Assembly: GCA_963785305.1 (NCBI GenBank)
Contig: CAWAUV010000007.1
Location: 64,001 to 128,000, forward strand
From: an uncultured Planctomycetaceae bacterium
Lineage (GTDB): Bacteria; Planctomycetota; Planctomycetia; Pirellulales; PALSA-1355
Length of the DNA stretch: 64,000 nucleotides
Direction: 5' to 3'
Shown here one piece after another: positions 1-10,562 of the stretch (position 1 is its first letter; every line of letters starts with the position of its first letter). Under the pieces are notes generated by a model. The model was given only the letters and a program-made list of their open reading frames with translations, was not told the origin of the DNA and did no database searches. Both the position numbers and the translations under genes were made by a program.

Positions 1-523
1 GCTGCGCGATCGGCTCGACGATGTTCCCGAGCTCGTCGACTATTTTCTCGAACGCTGCGCCCAGCGACTGGGGCGCGATAAGTGCCTCCTGACGCCGGAG
101 CGCACCAACTTTTGAACGAATATCACTGGCCCGGCAATGTCCGCGAACTGGAAAACATCGTGACGCGGGCCAGCGTTCTGGCGACCGGTTCGCCGGTGAC
201 GGCCGACGAGTTGCGTCCCTGGCTGATCGCGCCGCGGCCCGCCAGTTTGGCGGCGCCGAGCTTTCCGGCAATGGCCCCAAGCGCGCACGGTTCGCCGTTC
301 GCCAATGCGATATCCACCGCGCCCGCCGCTTCGGCCTCGGCGGCGCCCGTCGGCCTGAGCTTGGTCGACATGGAGCGCAAACTGATCGAGGCGACGCTCG
401 AACAATTCGGCGGCCATCGGGCCAAGACCGCCGAAGCGCTGGGCATCGGCCTGCGAACGTTATCCGGAAAATTGAAAACCTATGGCTATGCTCCCCGCGC
501 CAAACCGGCGGCACGTGGCTTGA
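1..523 (+). CDS. Sigma54-dependent transcriptional activator (NtrC/FleR-like), C-terminal part; 5' truncated, indels
   Basis: LRDRLDDVPELVDYFL, YHWPGNVRELENIVTRA (AAA+ end) and Fis-type HTH MERKLIEATLEQFGGHRAKTAEALGIG; true stop probably the TGA at 521-523, out of frame through an indel. Confidence 0.88.
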
Positions 524-573
524 TCGTTCGGCCACCGGCCGACTCGCGACAACCAAGAAAGGAACCTGGTTCG

Positions 574-1045
574 ATGCTCTCCGACATCATGCGGTCCAGC
601 ACGATTCCCATGCTGGAGCAGGTCGCCAATTTTTCCGAATCGCGGCACACGGTGCTGGCGGGCAACCTGGCCAATATCGACACGCCCGGCTACCACACCC
701 GTGATCTCGACCCGAAGCAATTCCAGGCCCGCTTGACCGCGGCGATCACGCAGCGCGATCGCGGCAATCAGGCCACCGCGACCTTGTTGCCGGCTTTTGC
801 CCCGCCGGGCTTCGTGTCGCCGGGGTTTACGCCGCGGGTCGAACAAGCGTCGTTCGCCGGGAGTTACGATCCGGTGGCGCATGTCGCGACCGATCTCAAT
901 AGCATCTTGTATCACGACGACAACAACCGCAGTTTGGAACAAGAAGTCTCGGCGATGACCGACAACGAGACCCAGCACGGCATGGCCCTGTCGATTCTCA
1001 CGAGTCAATTGAAGTTGATCGAAGCGGCGGTCAGCGAGCGCTGCG
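574..1045 (+). CDS. flgB: Flagellar basal-body rod protein FlgB (3' end uncertain)
   Basis: RHTVLAGNLANIDTPGY motif; HDDNNRSLEQEV near C-terminus; directly upstream of flgC. Confidence 0.88.
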
Positions 1046-1109
1046 TCAGCGCCGCGGCCCTCGAGGAAATTCCTGAACCCATGTTTTTTTGTCGCGGGAG
1101 AAATGAACC

Positions 1110-1529
1110 ATGTTCGCGGCCTACGATGTCAGCACTTCGGCTCTGGTGGCGCAGCGCACACGGCTCGACGCCGTGACCGGCAATATCGCCAATATCTCGA
1201 CCACGCACAACGAACGCGGAGAAGCGGCGCCCTATCAACCGCGGTTCGTCATCTTCCAGCCCGACGAAAACTTGAGCGAGGGCGGCACGCCGGGAGTGAA
1301 GGTCGGTTCGGTCGAGATCTCGAATATCGAGCCGCAATACAAATATCAGCCCGGCCATCCCGACGCGATCAAGGAAGGCAAATGGAAAGGCTATGTGGCG
1401 TTTCCCAATATCGATCTCACGAGCGAAATGGTCGACGCGATCGAGGCGTCGCGGGCTTATGAAGCCAATGTCGGCGTGATTCAAATCACGAAAAGCCTGC
1501 TCCAGCAATCGCTCAAAATCATCGCCTGA
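1110..1529 (+). CDS. flgC: Flagellar basal-body rod protein FlgC
   Basis: SALVAQRTRLDAVTGNIANI, PGHPDA, GYVAFPNIDLTSEMVDAIEASRAYEAN. Confidence 0.96.
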   Translation: MFAAYDVSTSALVAQRTRLDAVTGNIANISTTHNERGEAAPYQPRFVIFQPDENLSEGGTPGVKVGSVEISNIEPQYKYQPGHPDAIKEGKWKGYVAFPNIDLTSEMVDAIEASRAYEANVGVIQITKSLLQQSLKIIA

Positions 1530-1540
1530 GGAGGCGCCCC

Positions 1541-1876
1541 ATGCTTTCGCCCCTGGGTTTCTCGAACCAGCCGCTGCCCGGCGGCCTCCAGGCGCCGGCG
1601 GCGCCGCCGAATTTGCTCGCCGCGCCGGGATCGCCCGGGGTCGCGGGCGCCGAGGGGTCGTCGTTCAAGAGCATGCTGCTCGATTCGGTGCAGCAAGTGA
1701 ATTCGATGCAGCTCGAAGCCAACAAGGCCGTCGAGGGACTCTTCACCGGCGCCGAGATCAATCCGGCCGAAGTGCTCACCGCCGTGCAAAAGGCCGACCT
1801 CGCGTTTCGCATGTTGATGCAGGTGCGCAACAAACTCGTGGCGGCGTACCAAGAAATCAAGGATGTCAAGGTTTAA
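1541..1876 (+). CDS. fliE: Flagellar hook-basal body protein FliE
   Basis: EVLTAVQKADLAFRMLMQVRNKLVAAYQEI C-terminal signature. Confidence 0.95.
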   Translation: MLSPLGFSNQPLPGGLQAPAAPPNLLAAPGSPGVAGAEGSSFKSMLLDSVQQVNSMQLEANKAVEGLFTGAEINPAEVLTAVQKADLAFRMLMQVRNKLVAAYQEIKDVKV

Positions 1877-1962
1877 TGTCGTCCTGAACGGATTCAGCGC
1901 GCGGACCGCTTCAGACAGGCAATTCAATCGCTTCGTGATTCCTCGCTCTCGGATGCTTCAAT

Positions 1963-3657
1963 ATGGATTTCGTCAACAAAACCATCGCCCAGGCCGCCGA
2001 ACTCTTCAAGTCGCTCACGCCCGCGGCTCGCGTCATGGCCGGCTTCCTGGCGGCGCTGGTGCTGATTAGCCTGGCCTATCTCTTTCAATCGCAGACCTCG
2101 GGGCCCGACGCGTACTTGATGGGCGGCGAGCCGTTTTCCGCCAGCCAGTTGCCGGCGATGGAAGCCGCTTTCTCGAAAGCCAATCTCAACGACTATGTGA
2201 TCGAAGGCAACCGAGTGCGCGTGCCCCAAGGCCAGCAAGCGGCGTATATGGGCGCCCTGGCCGAAGCCGGCGCACTGCCCGCGAGCTTTGGAACCTATCT
2301 GGGCAAGGCCGTCTCCTCGAATAGTCCCTGGATTAGCAAGGATCAGCAGCGCGAACTGATCAAAGTCGCCAAGCAGAATGAACTGCAAGACATCATCGCC
2401 GCCATGAACGGCATCGAGCGCGCCAGCGTGCTCTACGATGTTCAAGATCAGCGCAGCTTCGGCGCGCAGACGCTGATCACCGCGTCGGTCAGCGTGAAAC
2501 CCAATGGGGTTTTGCCGCTCGATGAAGAGCGCGTGCCCACGCTGCGGCACTTGGTCGCGAGCGCCATCGCCGGCCTGAAGCCGGAAAATGTCACGATCAT
2601 CGATCTCAACGGAAAACATTATCCCGGCGGCGGCTCGGGCGGACCCGGCATGGCCGGCGCCGGCGGCGAAAATGTCTACGGCGCTTGGAAGAAAGCCTAT
2701 GAACAAGAATGGCAAAACAAAATTCGCTACGCCCTGGCGTATATCCCCGGCGTGGTCGTCACTCCGAACGTGGAGCTCGACATTGAAACCGCCCACGAGG
2801 AAAACGTCACCACCTACGACCCCAAGACCGTGGCTTACAACGTCAAGGAAAGCTCGACCAACAAACTCGTGAAAGGCGCCGGCCCGGGCGGACGGCCCGG
2901 CGTCGTGGCCCAGCAAGGCGGCGCCAATCAGCCCGCCGCGATCTCGCAATCCTCGGGCTCGGAGACGAACGAGGAAAGTTCCGAAACCCAGACCAGCACC
3001 GCCGTGCCCGGCAAAGTGGTGCGCACCGTGCAACATGGGCTCACGCCCAAGCGCGTGACGGTGAGCGTGAGCGTGCCCTCGACCTACTACGAGCGGGTGT
3101 GGGCCGAGCGCAATCCGCCTGCTGAAGGCCAGCCGGTGAAAAAGCCCGATGCCCAAGCATTGCTCGATATCGAAACCAAGGTGAAGACCGACATCGAAGG
3201 CGCCGTGGTGGCGTTGCTTCCCGCCGTGCCGCCGACGACCGATCCTTATCCGCGCGTCAAAGTCTCGACGTTTCAGCCGGTGTTGGCGCCAGCGACGCCC
3301 GGACCGACCACGGCCGACCTGGGATTGGCTTGGCTCTCGCGGCACTGGACCACGCTGGGCATGATTTGCGTGGCCGCCGCGAGCTTGCTGATGCTTCGCA
3401 GCTTGATCCGTTCGCTCCCCTCGGCGTCGGCGGCCGGCGTCGCGGGCGCGAACGCCTCGGAAGGCGGACCGACGCTTTCGCTGGTCGCGGGAGACGAAAC
3501 GGCGCCCGCGAATAGCGACGCCAACACGGCGCGCAATCGCCTCAAGCGACGCGGCGTCGGCGGTCCTTCGCTCCGCGACGAACTGGCCGAGATCGTGAAA
3601 GAAGACCCCGACACCGCCGTGGCGATCTTGCGAAATTGGATCGGCGCCGCCGGCTGA
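1963..3657 (+). CDS. fliF: Flagellar MS-ring protein FliF
   Basis: Two TM segments, LRHLVASAIAGLKPENVTIIDLNG, C-terminal EDPDTAVAILRNW; between fliE and fliG. Confidence 0.92.
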   Translation: MDFVNKTIAQAAELFKSLTPAARVMAGFLAALVLISLAYLFQSQTSGPDAYLMGGEPFSASQLPAMEAAFSKANLNDYVIEGNRVRVPQGQQAAYMGALAEAGALPASFGTYLGKAVSSNSPWISKDQQRELIKVAKQNELQDIIAAMNGIERASVLYDVQDQRSFGAQTLITASVSVKPNGVLPLDEERVPTLRHLVASAIAGLKPENVTIIDLNGKHYPGGGSGGPGMAGAGGENVYGAWKKAYEQEWQNKIRYALAYIPGVVVTPNVELDIETAHEENVTTYDPKTVAYNVKESSTNKLVKGAGPGGRPGVVAQQGGANQPAAISQSSGSETNEESSETQTSTAVPGKVVRTVQHGLTPKRVTVSVSVPSTYYERVWAERNPPAEGQPVKKPDAQALLDIETKVKTDIEGAVVALLPAVPPTTDPYPRVKVSTFQPVLAPATPGPTTADLGLAWLSRHWTTLGMICVAAASLLMLRSLIRSLPSASAAGVAGANASEGGPTLSLVAGDETAPANSDANTARNRLKRRGVGGPSLRDELAEIVKEDPDTAVAILRNWIGAAG

Positions 3658-3739
3658 CGCATCGCCTAGAGCAGCGCGAACAAAACCGATCGTCGATTCC
3701 CCCGCGAGGGGACGATGACATCCTCGAGGAACCGGGCCC

Positions 3740-4752
3740 ATGAAAAAACGATCCGACACGATTCGCAAGGCGGCCATCCTCATCGCCAGCCTCGATCGCG
3801 ACGCGGCCGACGCCTTGCTCAATCAAATGTCCGATGAACAAGCAAGGCGATTGCGACGAGCGCTCGTCGAACTGGGCGACATCGACACCGACGAACAGGC
3901 CGATGTGATCGAGGAATTCTTTCGCATCGGCCCGCTCGCGCCGAAAAATTTCCCGCTGGCGTCGAGCTCTGCGACACCTTGGCCGAGGAATTGGGCTTCG
4001 TCTCGAACGGCGGCTCGCTCGCCACGCCGCGTCAGAGCGTCGAGCCCGGACCGGCGTCGTTCGAGTTCCTCGACGTGCTCTCGGCCGCCGAGTTGGCTCG
4101 GTATCTCGAACGCGAGCACCCGCAAACGATCGCGCTCGTGGTTTCGCATTTGCCGGCTCAGCGCCGGTGATGTGCTCGGGCGCTTCTCGCCGCTGGTGCA
4201 GGCCGATGTGGCGCGGCGGCTGGTGGACCTCGACCCGCGCAGCCCGAGGTGATTCGCGAAGTCGAGCGAGGGCTCAAGAACGCGATGGCCACTCAGGTGC
4301 GCGATCGCGAACGTCGCCAAGCCGGACTGGCCACGCTCGAAGGCATTTTGAAAGCGGCCGACGATCGCACGCATCAGGAAATCTTGGCCAATCTCGACGC
4401 GGTCGATCGTCAACTCGCCGGCAAGCTGACCCCGCCGCGCCGCAAGCCGCTCGAATTTCATGAACTGATGCGCTGGGACGATCGTTCGCTGGCCGCGGTG
4501 CTCGAGCGAGCCGATACCGAGATCGCGGTTTTGGCGCTGGCCGGGGCCGATCACGAATTCGTCGCCCGGTCGCTGGCGATCTTGCCGCGAGCGCAGGCGC
4601 GGGCTTTGCAATACGCGCTCGATCATCTCGGCCCCACGAAGCTCAGCGATCTGGAAGCCGGCCAAGAGGAGTTGGCCGCGCTGGCCGAAGCGATGCTCGT
4701 CGGCGGCGAGCTCAAGCGCGAGGCGGCCCGGCGATTGAGTTTGGCGGCCTGA
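3740..4752 (+). CDS. fliG: Flagellar motor switch protein FliG (frameshifted, likely sequencing indels)
   Basis: RKAAILIASL, YLEREHPQTIALVVSHL, VIREVERGL and C-terminal domain spread over three frames. Confidence 0.88.
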
Positions 4753-4824
4753 AGCCTGAAATCCCGAATTCAACATATCTTTGCGGCCGATCTTTTCATT
4801 ATCCCGAGTTAGCAACGAGTTCGC

Positions 4825-5477
4825 ATGGCCACGGTGATCAAGTCGGGCGGCGTGATTCGCGCAGCGGAATCCGGCGCCTTCAATTTCGACGATATGGCCG
4901 CCAAGGCCAATCAATACTTGGAGCAGGTGCGCGCAGGCGGCGACCATTCTCGCGCAGGCCGGCGCCGACGCCGCCGGGATTCGGGCCCGCGCCGAGCAAG
5001 AAGGCCGCGCGGCGGCGATGAAGACCATCGAACAAACCATCGCCGAGCGAGTGGCCAAGCACTTGGCCACGCTCACGCCAGCGGTGCGGCAAGCGGCCGT
5101 GGCGATCGAGCAAGCCAAGCAAGCCTGGCTCCGGCAGTGGGAGAGCCAAGCGATTCGCGTGGCGGCGGCGATCGCCAAGCGGGTGGTGCGGCGCGAACTG
5201 CGGCAATCGCCCGACATCACCTTGGCCTTGGTGCGCGAAGCACTCGAACTGGCCGCCGGCTCGGCGGATATGCAGTTGCTGCTCCATCCGCAAGATCATC
5301 AGGCGCTCGGCGGCGAAGTGCGACAGATCATCGAAGCGGTCGGCAAACTGGCCAAGGTCGAGGTCACGGCTTCGGACAAAGTGTCGCTCGGCGGATGTCG
5401 GGTCGAGACACGGTTCGGCGTGGTCGACCAGAGTGTTCGAGGCGCAGCTTGCCAGGATCGAGGAAGAGTTGCTTTAA
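4825..5477 (+). CDS. fliH: Flagellar assembly protein FliH (frameshifted)
   Basis: AIAKRVVRREL, LLLHPQD, LGGCRVETRFGVVD...EAQLARIEEELL; upstream of fliI. Confidence 0.85.
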
Positions 5478-5489
5478 GGATTCCTATTG

Positions 5490-6857
5490 ATGTTCGATAT
5501 TTCCGCGCAACTCGACGCGATCGTGCCGACGGCGCTGGTGGGCAGCGTGGCCCGCACCGTGGGCATGACCGCCGCCGTGGCCGACTTTCCCGCTCCGATC
5601 GGCGCTCTGGCGTCGATCGAACGGCAGGCGGGCGGACCCGTGGCGGCCGAAGTGATCGGCTTTCGCGATGACCTCACGCTCTTGTACATGTATGAGGAGA
5701 CCCATGGCATCCGGCGCGGAAATCGAGTGCGGCTGGTGCGTTCGGCTCGCTGGATCAAGGTGGGCGACGCGCTCTTGGGCGCGTGGTCAATGCCCGGGGC
5801 GAAAGCGTCGATGGCAGGCCCCGGCCGGTGCTCACCGATCGCGCGCCGCTCGATCGGAGCCCGCCGCCGGCCATCGAGCGACCGCGGATCGAAAAGCCGT
5901 TTGCCACGGGAGTGCGCGCGATCGATGGCGCTTTGACTTGCGGCAGGGGACAGCGGATGGGCATCTTCGCCGGCTCGGGCGTGGGCAAGAGCACGCTGCT
6001 CGGCATGTTGGCCCGCTACGCGACCGCCGAGGTCAACGTGATCGCGCTCGTGGGCGAACGCGGCCGCGAAGTCAACGAATTCATCGAACGCGATCTTGGC
6101 CCCACGGGCTTGGCCAAGAGCGTGTTGGTCGTGGCCACGAGCGACGAGCCGGCGCTGGTGCGGGTGCAAGCGGCATTCGCGGCGACCGCCATCGCCGAAT
6201 ATTTTCGCGACCAGGGGCGCGATGTGCTGCTGATCATGGATTCCGTGACCCGGCTGGCGCTGGCCCAGCGCGAGATCGGCCTTGCCGCCGGCGAGCCGCC
6301 CACCACGCGCGGACTCACGCCCTCGGTCTTCGCGATGCTACCCAAGCTCCTGGAGCGAGCCGGCCGGAGTTCCAAGGGCAGCATCACGGCGTTTTACTCG
6401 GTGCTCGTCGAGGGCGACGATGGAAACGAACCGATTTGCGACACGGTGCGCGGCTTGCTCGACGGCCACACATGGCTCGCGCAAGCTCGCTGCCCGCGGC
6501 CATTTTCCGGCCATCGACGTGCTCGATAGCATTAGCCGGTTGATGTCCGACATCGCGTCGCGCGAGCATCAAACGGCGGCGCAGACCGCGCGTGAACTGC
6601 TGGCCGCCTATCGTGAAAACGAAGACCTGATTTCGATCGGCGCCTATCGCCGCGGCGGCAATCGGGTGGTCGACGCGGCGGTCGATATGTTGGCCGAGCT
6701 CAACGCCTTCTTTCGGCAGCGGGTCGACGAGGTTTCGAGCCTCGAGACGACGCGCGACGCGCTCGTGGCCCTGGCCAAGCGCGCCGCCGCGAGGCTCCAG
6801 GCCCAGCCCGCGGCCGTGGCCGGCGCTGGGCGCAGTCCGGCCCGATGGCGGCCATGA
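5490..6857 (+). CDS. fliI: Flagellar export ATPase FliI (frameshifted)
   Basis: Walker [51 protein letters not shown]. Confidence 0.95.
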
Positions 6858-6978
6858 CCCTCAACGCGCCGCAAATCAACGCGGCGCCCGCGAAGCCGAA
6901 ATGATCGTGTGTCGATAAAAATGAACGTGCCAAGGTTTTTGAATCGCGTGTCAATCGCTTCCTTCGATCGAGGCCCCG

Positions 6979-7437
6979 ATGTCGACGTTTCGCTTTCGCC
7001 TGACGACCTCGCTGCGGCTGCGCGAATCGGCCCGCGACGAGCGTCGCGCCCGACTGGCCGAAGCCCTGACGGCCGAGGCCAAGTTGCTCGCGCGGCGCGA
7101 ACAGCTCGCGGCCGAAATCCACGCCTCGGAGCAAGTGCAACGGACCTCGCTCGGCGAGGTGGATGTCGATCGTCTGATGGCCCGGCATCGCTACGAGATG
7201 GTGATGAAGGCCGAGCACCATGCGCTGGGCGAGCAACAGGCCACGGTGGCCGCGGAAATCGAAAAGCGCCGCGAAGCGTTGCTGTTCGCCGACCGGGAAG
7301 TGCGCGTGCTCGAAAAACTACGCGAGAAACAAACCGAGCGGCATGCGCTGGGTGAAGCCGCGATCGCCTCGAAAGAGGCCGATGAATTGGCTTCGCGCCA
7401 GTGGCGCCGAGGAGAAGGAACATGGGACGAATACTAG
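6979..7437 (+). CDS. fliJ: Flagellar export chaperone FliJ
   Basis: MSTFRFRLTTSLRLRE start, coiled coil, REVRVLEKLREK; follows fliI. Confidence 0.85.
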   Translation: MSTFRFRLTTSLRLRESARDERRARLAEALTAEAKLLARREQLAAEIHASEQVQRTSLGEVDVDRLMARHRYEMVMKAEHHALGEQQATVAAEIEKRREALLFADREVRVLEKLREKQTERHALGEAAIASKEADELASRQWRRGEGTWDEY

Positions 7438-8105
7438 GAATGGTCGCGGCCGCGATCGCTTATATCAGCGTGGCCACGATGCTGGCTGCCGGCGCCGGCT
7501 TCGGCTATGCGTTTACCACCGGCCTGCTCGACCAGCGCAAGCTAGCACGCATGCTTGCCATCGCCGAAGGCGCCGAGCCGCTCGAAAAAACCGCTGAAAC
7601 CAAGGCGCCTCCAACGCCCGATGGCGAGCAACCGAGCTACGAAGAGCGCGAAAAAAATCGGCAACTCCAATCGCGGCAACTAGAAATGCGCGAGCTGGCG
7701 CTCAAGACCAGCATGGAGCGCGTGCAATATGCCCAGAAGGTGCTCACCGAGGACAAGGACCGCTACGAGCGATTGAAAACGGCATTTGAGGAACAATTGG
7801 GCGCCCTGAGAGACGGGGCAAAATCGACTGGACGGGAAAATGTTCGCCTTATCTGGGAGAACATTAAGCCTAAGCTGGCCAAAGAGCAGATATTACAGAT
7901 GCTCGAAGCCAACGAGATCAATGAAGTCGTCGCCATTTTGTCCGCCGTGCCGATCGCCCGCCGGGCCAAGATCATCAGCGAGTTCAAGACTCCCGCCGAA
8001 ACCGCCAAGGTCGACGAAATTCTGCGACTCATTCGTCAGGGCGTGCCGGAAACCAACCTGATCGACAAAACACGTTCCCAGGTGGTCGAACCTCCAAGCG
8101 AGTGA
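7422..8105 (+). CDS. MotE/FlbB/YlxF-like flagellar protein (TM + coiled coil + MgtE_N-like)
   Basis: N-terminal TM, coiled coil, WENIKPKLAKEQI..AILSAVPIARRAKIISEF; position between fliJ and fliK. Confidence 0.7.
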   Translation: MGRILGMVAAAIAYISVATMLAAGAGFGYAFTTGLLDQRKLARMLAIAEGAEPLEKTAETKAPPTPDGEQPSYEEREKNRQLQSRQLEMRELALKTSMERVQYAQKVLTEDKDRYERLKTAFEEQLGALRDGAKSTGRENVRLIWENIKPKLAKEQILQMLEANEINEVVAILSAVPIARRAKIISEFKTPAETAKVDEILRLIRQGVPETNLIDKTRSQVVEPPSE

Positions 8106-9976
8106 CCATGACCGCGGTGACCTCGAATAGCAGCGCGCCCCCGGCCGCCAATGCGACCTACACGTTGCGGCTGGCGCCGAGCCAACCGCTCGATGTCAAC
8201 AATCTGTTCAGCGCCGTGTTCGACCAAGCGTCGTGCGCCGGTGGCCAAGGTTCGTTCACCGTGGCCACGGCGTCGAACTATTCTCATGCGCCATCCTACC
8301 CGACGGCGCCGATCGCCCATGCGAGCTCGCCCGCGACAAGCTTGGCGAGCGATTCGAATTTCAGCGCGGCAAGCGCCTCGACGAACGACTCGCAGGCGAC
8401 CGCCGCCCAAAACTTGAACCAACCGGCGCCGCCTCCGCACGCGCCGAGCGACGCGAGCAGCGCGTCGACGCCCGACGCCGCTGGCGCCTCGACGGCGAAC
8501 GCGACGTCGGCTTCGGATTCGAGCGCCGCGACCAATTCGGCGCCCGCGCCGGACCCCGGCTCGAGTGCCTCGGGAACGAATTCCGACCCAACGACCGCCG
8601 CATCCGCCGCCGCCGCGAGCGCGGCGCCCGCCGCGCCCGAGGCTCCAGCTTCCTCGACTTCCACCGCGACATCGGGCGCGACATCGACCACGGCTCAGGG
8701 CGGCTCGAAGTTCGCGAAGGCGGCCCTCGCTGCCGGCAAGGCAAACGGATCGACATCGCAAGCCGCCGCGAGCAGTGCGCAAGCCGCGGAATCGCCAACC
8801 ACGCCCGGCAATTCCGCCGCAAGCACCGCCAGTCCGAGCGAAAGCGCCGCGGCGCCCAACCCATCGCCCAACCCATCGCCCATCCCATCGCCCACGGCGG
8901 CGCCGGCCGGGCCCGCGAGCTCCACCGCGGCCGCCGCGGCAAGCGCGACTGCCAATGCGTCCAGCACGTCGTCCGCGAACGCCGCGGCCACCGATGAATC
9001 ATTGCCGATCGCCGCCACGACGGCGACCGCGGGCAAAGCCGCGGAAGCGGACTCCAAGGCCGCGACCTCGGCGCAAGACGGGAAAGCGGCCATCGAATCG
9101 ACCACCGCGTCGACAACCACGACGTCTTCAGCCACCTCGGGCAGTGGCGCGACGCCAGCGGGCCCGCCGCTGGCGCCGCCTTCGGAATTGCCCGCGTCGG
9201 TCGGCGCCGCGATTTCTCAAACAAATTCCAACGCCGCGTCGAACATTGAGCCGCCCGCGCCCGGCGTTCAACTCACCGCGACGGTGGAAGCCACCGCGCT
9301 CGCGACCATGGCGACAGTGTCGTCGACGAGCGCGGGCATTTCGCAGCCATCGCCCGGCAATGGCGCCACGGCCGGTCCGATCCAAGCGGCGGCGGCGAGC
9401 CTTGTCGGAGGCGCCCCGCCCACGGACTCGGGATTCAACAGCCAGAGCGGTTCCAATGGCGGCGCGAACTCGGGCTCCTCGGCCGCGTCGAACGGCGCGA
9501 GCGCGAGCGAATCGACCAACGCGGCCGGTGTCGACCGAGTGCGGTTCGTCCAGCGCGTGGCCAAAGCATTTCAAACGGTCGGCGACGATGGCGGCACGGT
9601 GCGGCTGCGGTTGAGCCCGCCCGAATTGGGCACGGTGAAACTCGATGTTTCGGTGAAGAACGGCAGCATGTCGGCGCAAATGGAAACCGACACCACCGAG
9701 GCCCGCGACGCGATCATCGCCAACTTGCCGGCGCTGCGCGAGCGGCTTGGAGAAATGAACATCCAGGTCGAGAAATTCGATGTCAACGTCGCCGGCCAAT
9801 CGTCGGGCGGCGCAAGCGGACAGTCTTCGTCCGACGCGGCCTATCAGCAGGCAGATGGACAAACGGCGGGCGGCCGAAGGTCGATCGCGGCCAAACCATC
9901 GATCGCCGATAGTCCTCGGACCACGAGCGTCGGTCCAGTGAGCGCGGCGACCGGACAACTGAATGTGCTGGTGTAA
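8102..9976 (+). CDS. fliK: Flagellar hook-length control protein FliK
   Basis: Long A/S/T/P low-complexity region then VRLRLSPPELGTVKLDV...LPALRERL domain. Confidence 0.92.
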   Translation: MTMTAVTSNSSAPPAANATYTLRLAPSQPLDVNNLFSAVFDQASCAGGQGSFTVATASNYSHAPSYPTAPIAHASSPATSLASDSNFSAASASTNDSQATAAQNLNQPAPPPHAPSDASSASTPDAAGASTANATSASDSSAATNSAPAPDPGSSASGTNSDPTTAASAAAASAAPAAPEAPASSTSTATSGATSTTAQGGSKFAKAALAAGKANGSTSQAAASSAQAAESPTTPGNSAASTASPSESAAAPNPSPNPSPIPSPTAAPAGPASSTAAAAASATANASSTSSANAAATDESLPIAATTATAGKAAEADSKAATSAQDGKAAIESTTASTTTTSSATSGSGATPAGPPLAPPSELPASVGAAISQTNSNAASNIEPPAPGVQLTATVEATALATMATVSSTSAGISQPSPGNGATAGPIQAAAASLVGGAPPTDSGFNSQSGSNGGANSGSSAASNGASASESTNAAGVDRVRFVQRVAKAFQTVGDDGGTVRLRLSPPELGTVKLDVSVKNGSMSAQMETDTTEARDAIIANLPALRERLGEMNIQVEKFDVNVAGQSSGGASGQSSSDAAYQQADGQTAGGRRSIAAKPSIADSPRTTSVGPVSAATGQLNVLV

Positions 9977-10083
9977 GCGAACGAATAAGCGGGGGGGCGG
10001 ACAAGATTCTTGGCGAGGTTTTGGCCCACGATGAGCCCCAAGGGCTCCGGGCACTCGCGATGAATCCAAAGTGAAGGCAGTTT

Positions 10084-10503
10084 ATGAGCACGGTGACGAA
10101 CAACACTTCGACCAGCGGCGCGAGCGGGAGCTCGTCGACTTCGTCCAACGCCAATTCGCTCTCGTCGCTCACGCCGAGCGACTTCCTGAACATGCTCATT
10201 GTCGAATTGCAGAACCAAGATCCGCTCAATCCCACGGATTCGAGCGAGATTCTGCAAGAAACCGGCATTATGAGCCAAATCACGTCGACCACGACACTCA
10301 CCGACACGCTCAATTCGCTGCAAACCTCGGACAGCATTTCGAGCGCATCGTCGCTGATCGGCAAGACGATCGCGGGCACCGACGCCAACTCGGGCGCGGT
10401 CAGCGGCGTGGTCACTGGAATTGGAATCAGCAATGGGTCGGTCACGGCCTCGGTGGGGTCTTCGAGCGTGCCGCTCGCCAACATCACCTCGGTCGCCCCT
10501 TAA
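10084..10503 (+). CDS. flgD: Flagellar hook cap protein FlgD
   Basis: DFLNMLIVELQNQDPLNP and ASSLIGKTI motifs. Confidence 0.93.
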   Translation: MSTVTNNTSTSGASGSSSTSSNANSLSSLTPSDFLNMLIVELQNQDPLNPTDSSEILQETGIMSQITSTTTLTDTLNSLQTSDSISSASSLIGKTIAGTDANSGAVSGVVTGIGISNGSVTASVGSSSVPLANITSVAP

Positions 10504-10562
10504 AACGCATCGCGAGTCGCGCCGCCCGCGCTCGCTCGCCAGGAGAGAAAGGACTCGGAACC

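Noticed and set aside
509..523. Sigma54-like box CGGCACGTGGCTTGA before flgB (and TGGCGAGGTTTTGGC before flgD)
   Set aside because: The -12 element deviates from TTGC and the first overlaps a suspected indel; too weak to call
82..1176. Apparent sigma54 activator-FlgB fusion ORF
   Set aside because: flgB has its own RBS and ATG at 574; a near-frame TGA at 521 suggests an indel removed the activator stop
1924..3822. Long antisense ORFs (also 15104-16819, 23978-25444, 53414-55816 and others)
   Set aside because: Shadow ORFs typical of high-GC DNA opposite well-supported genes
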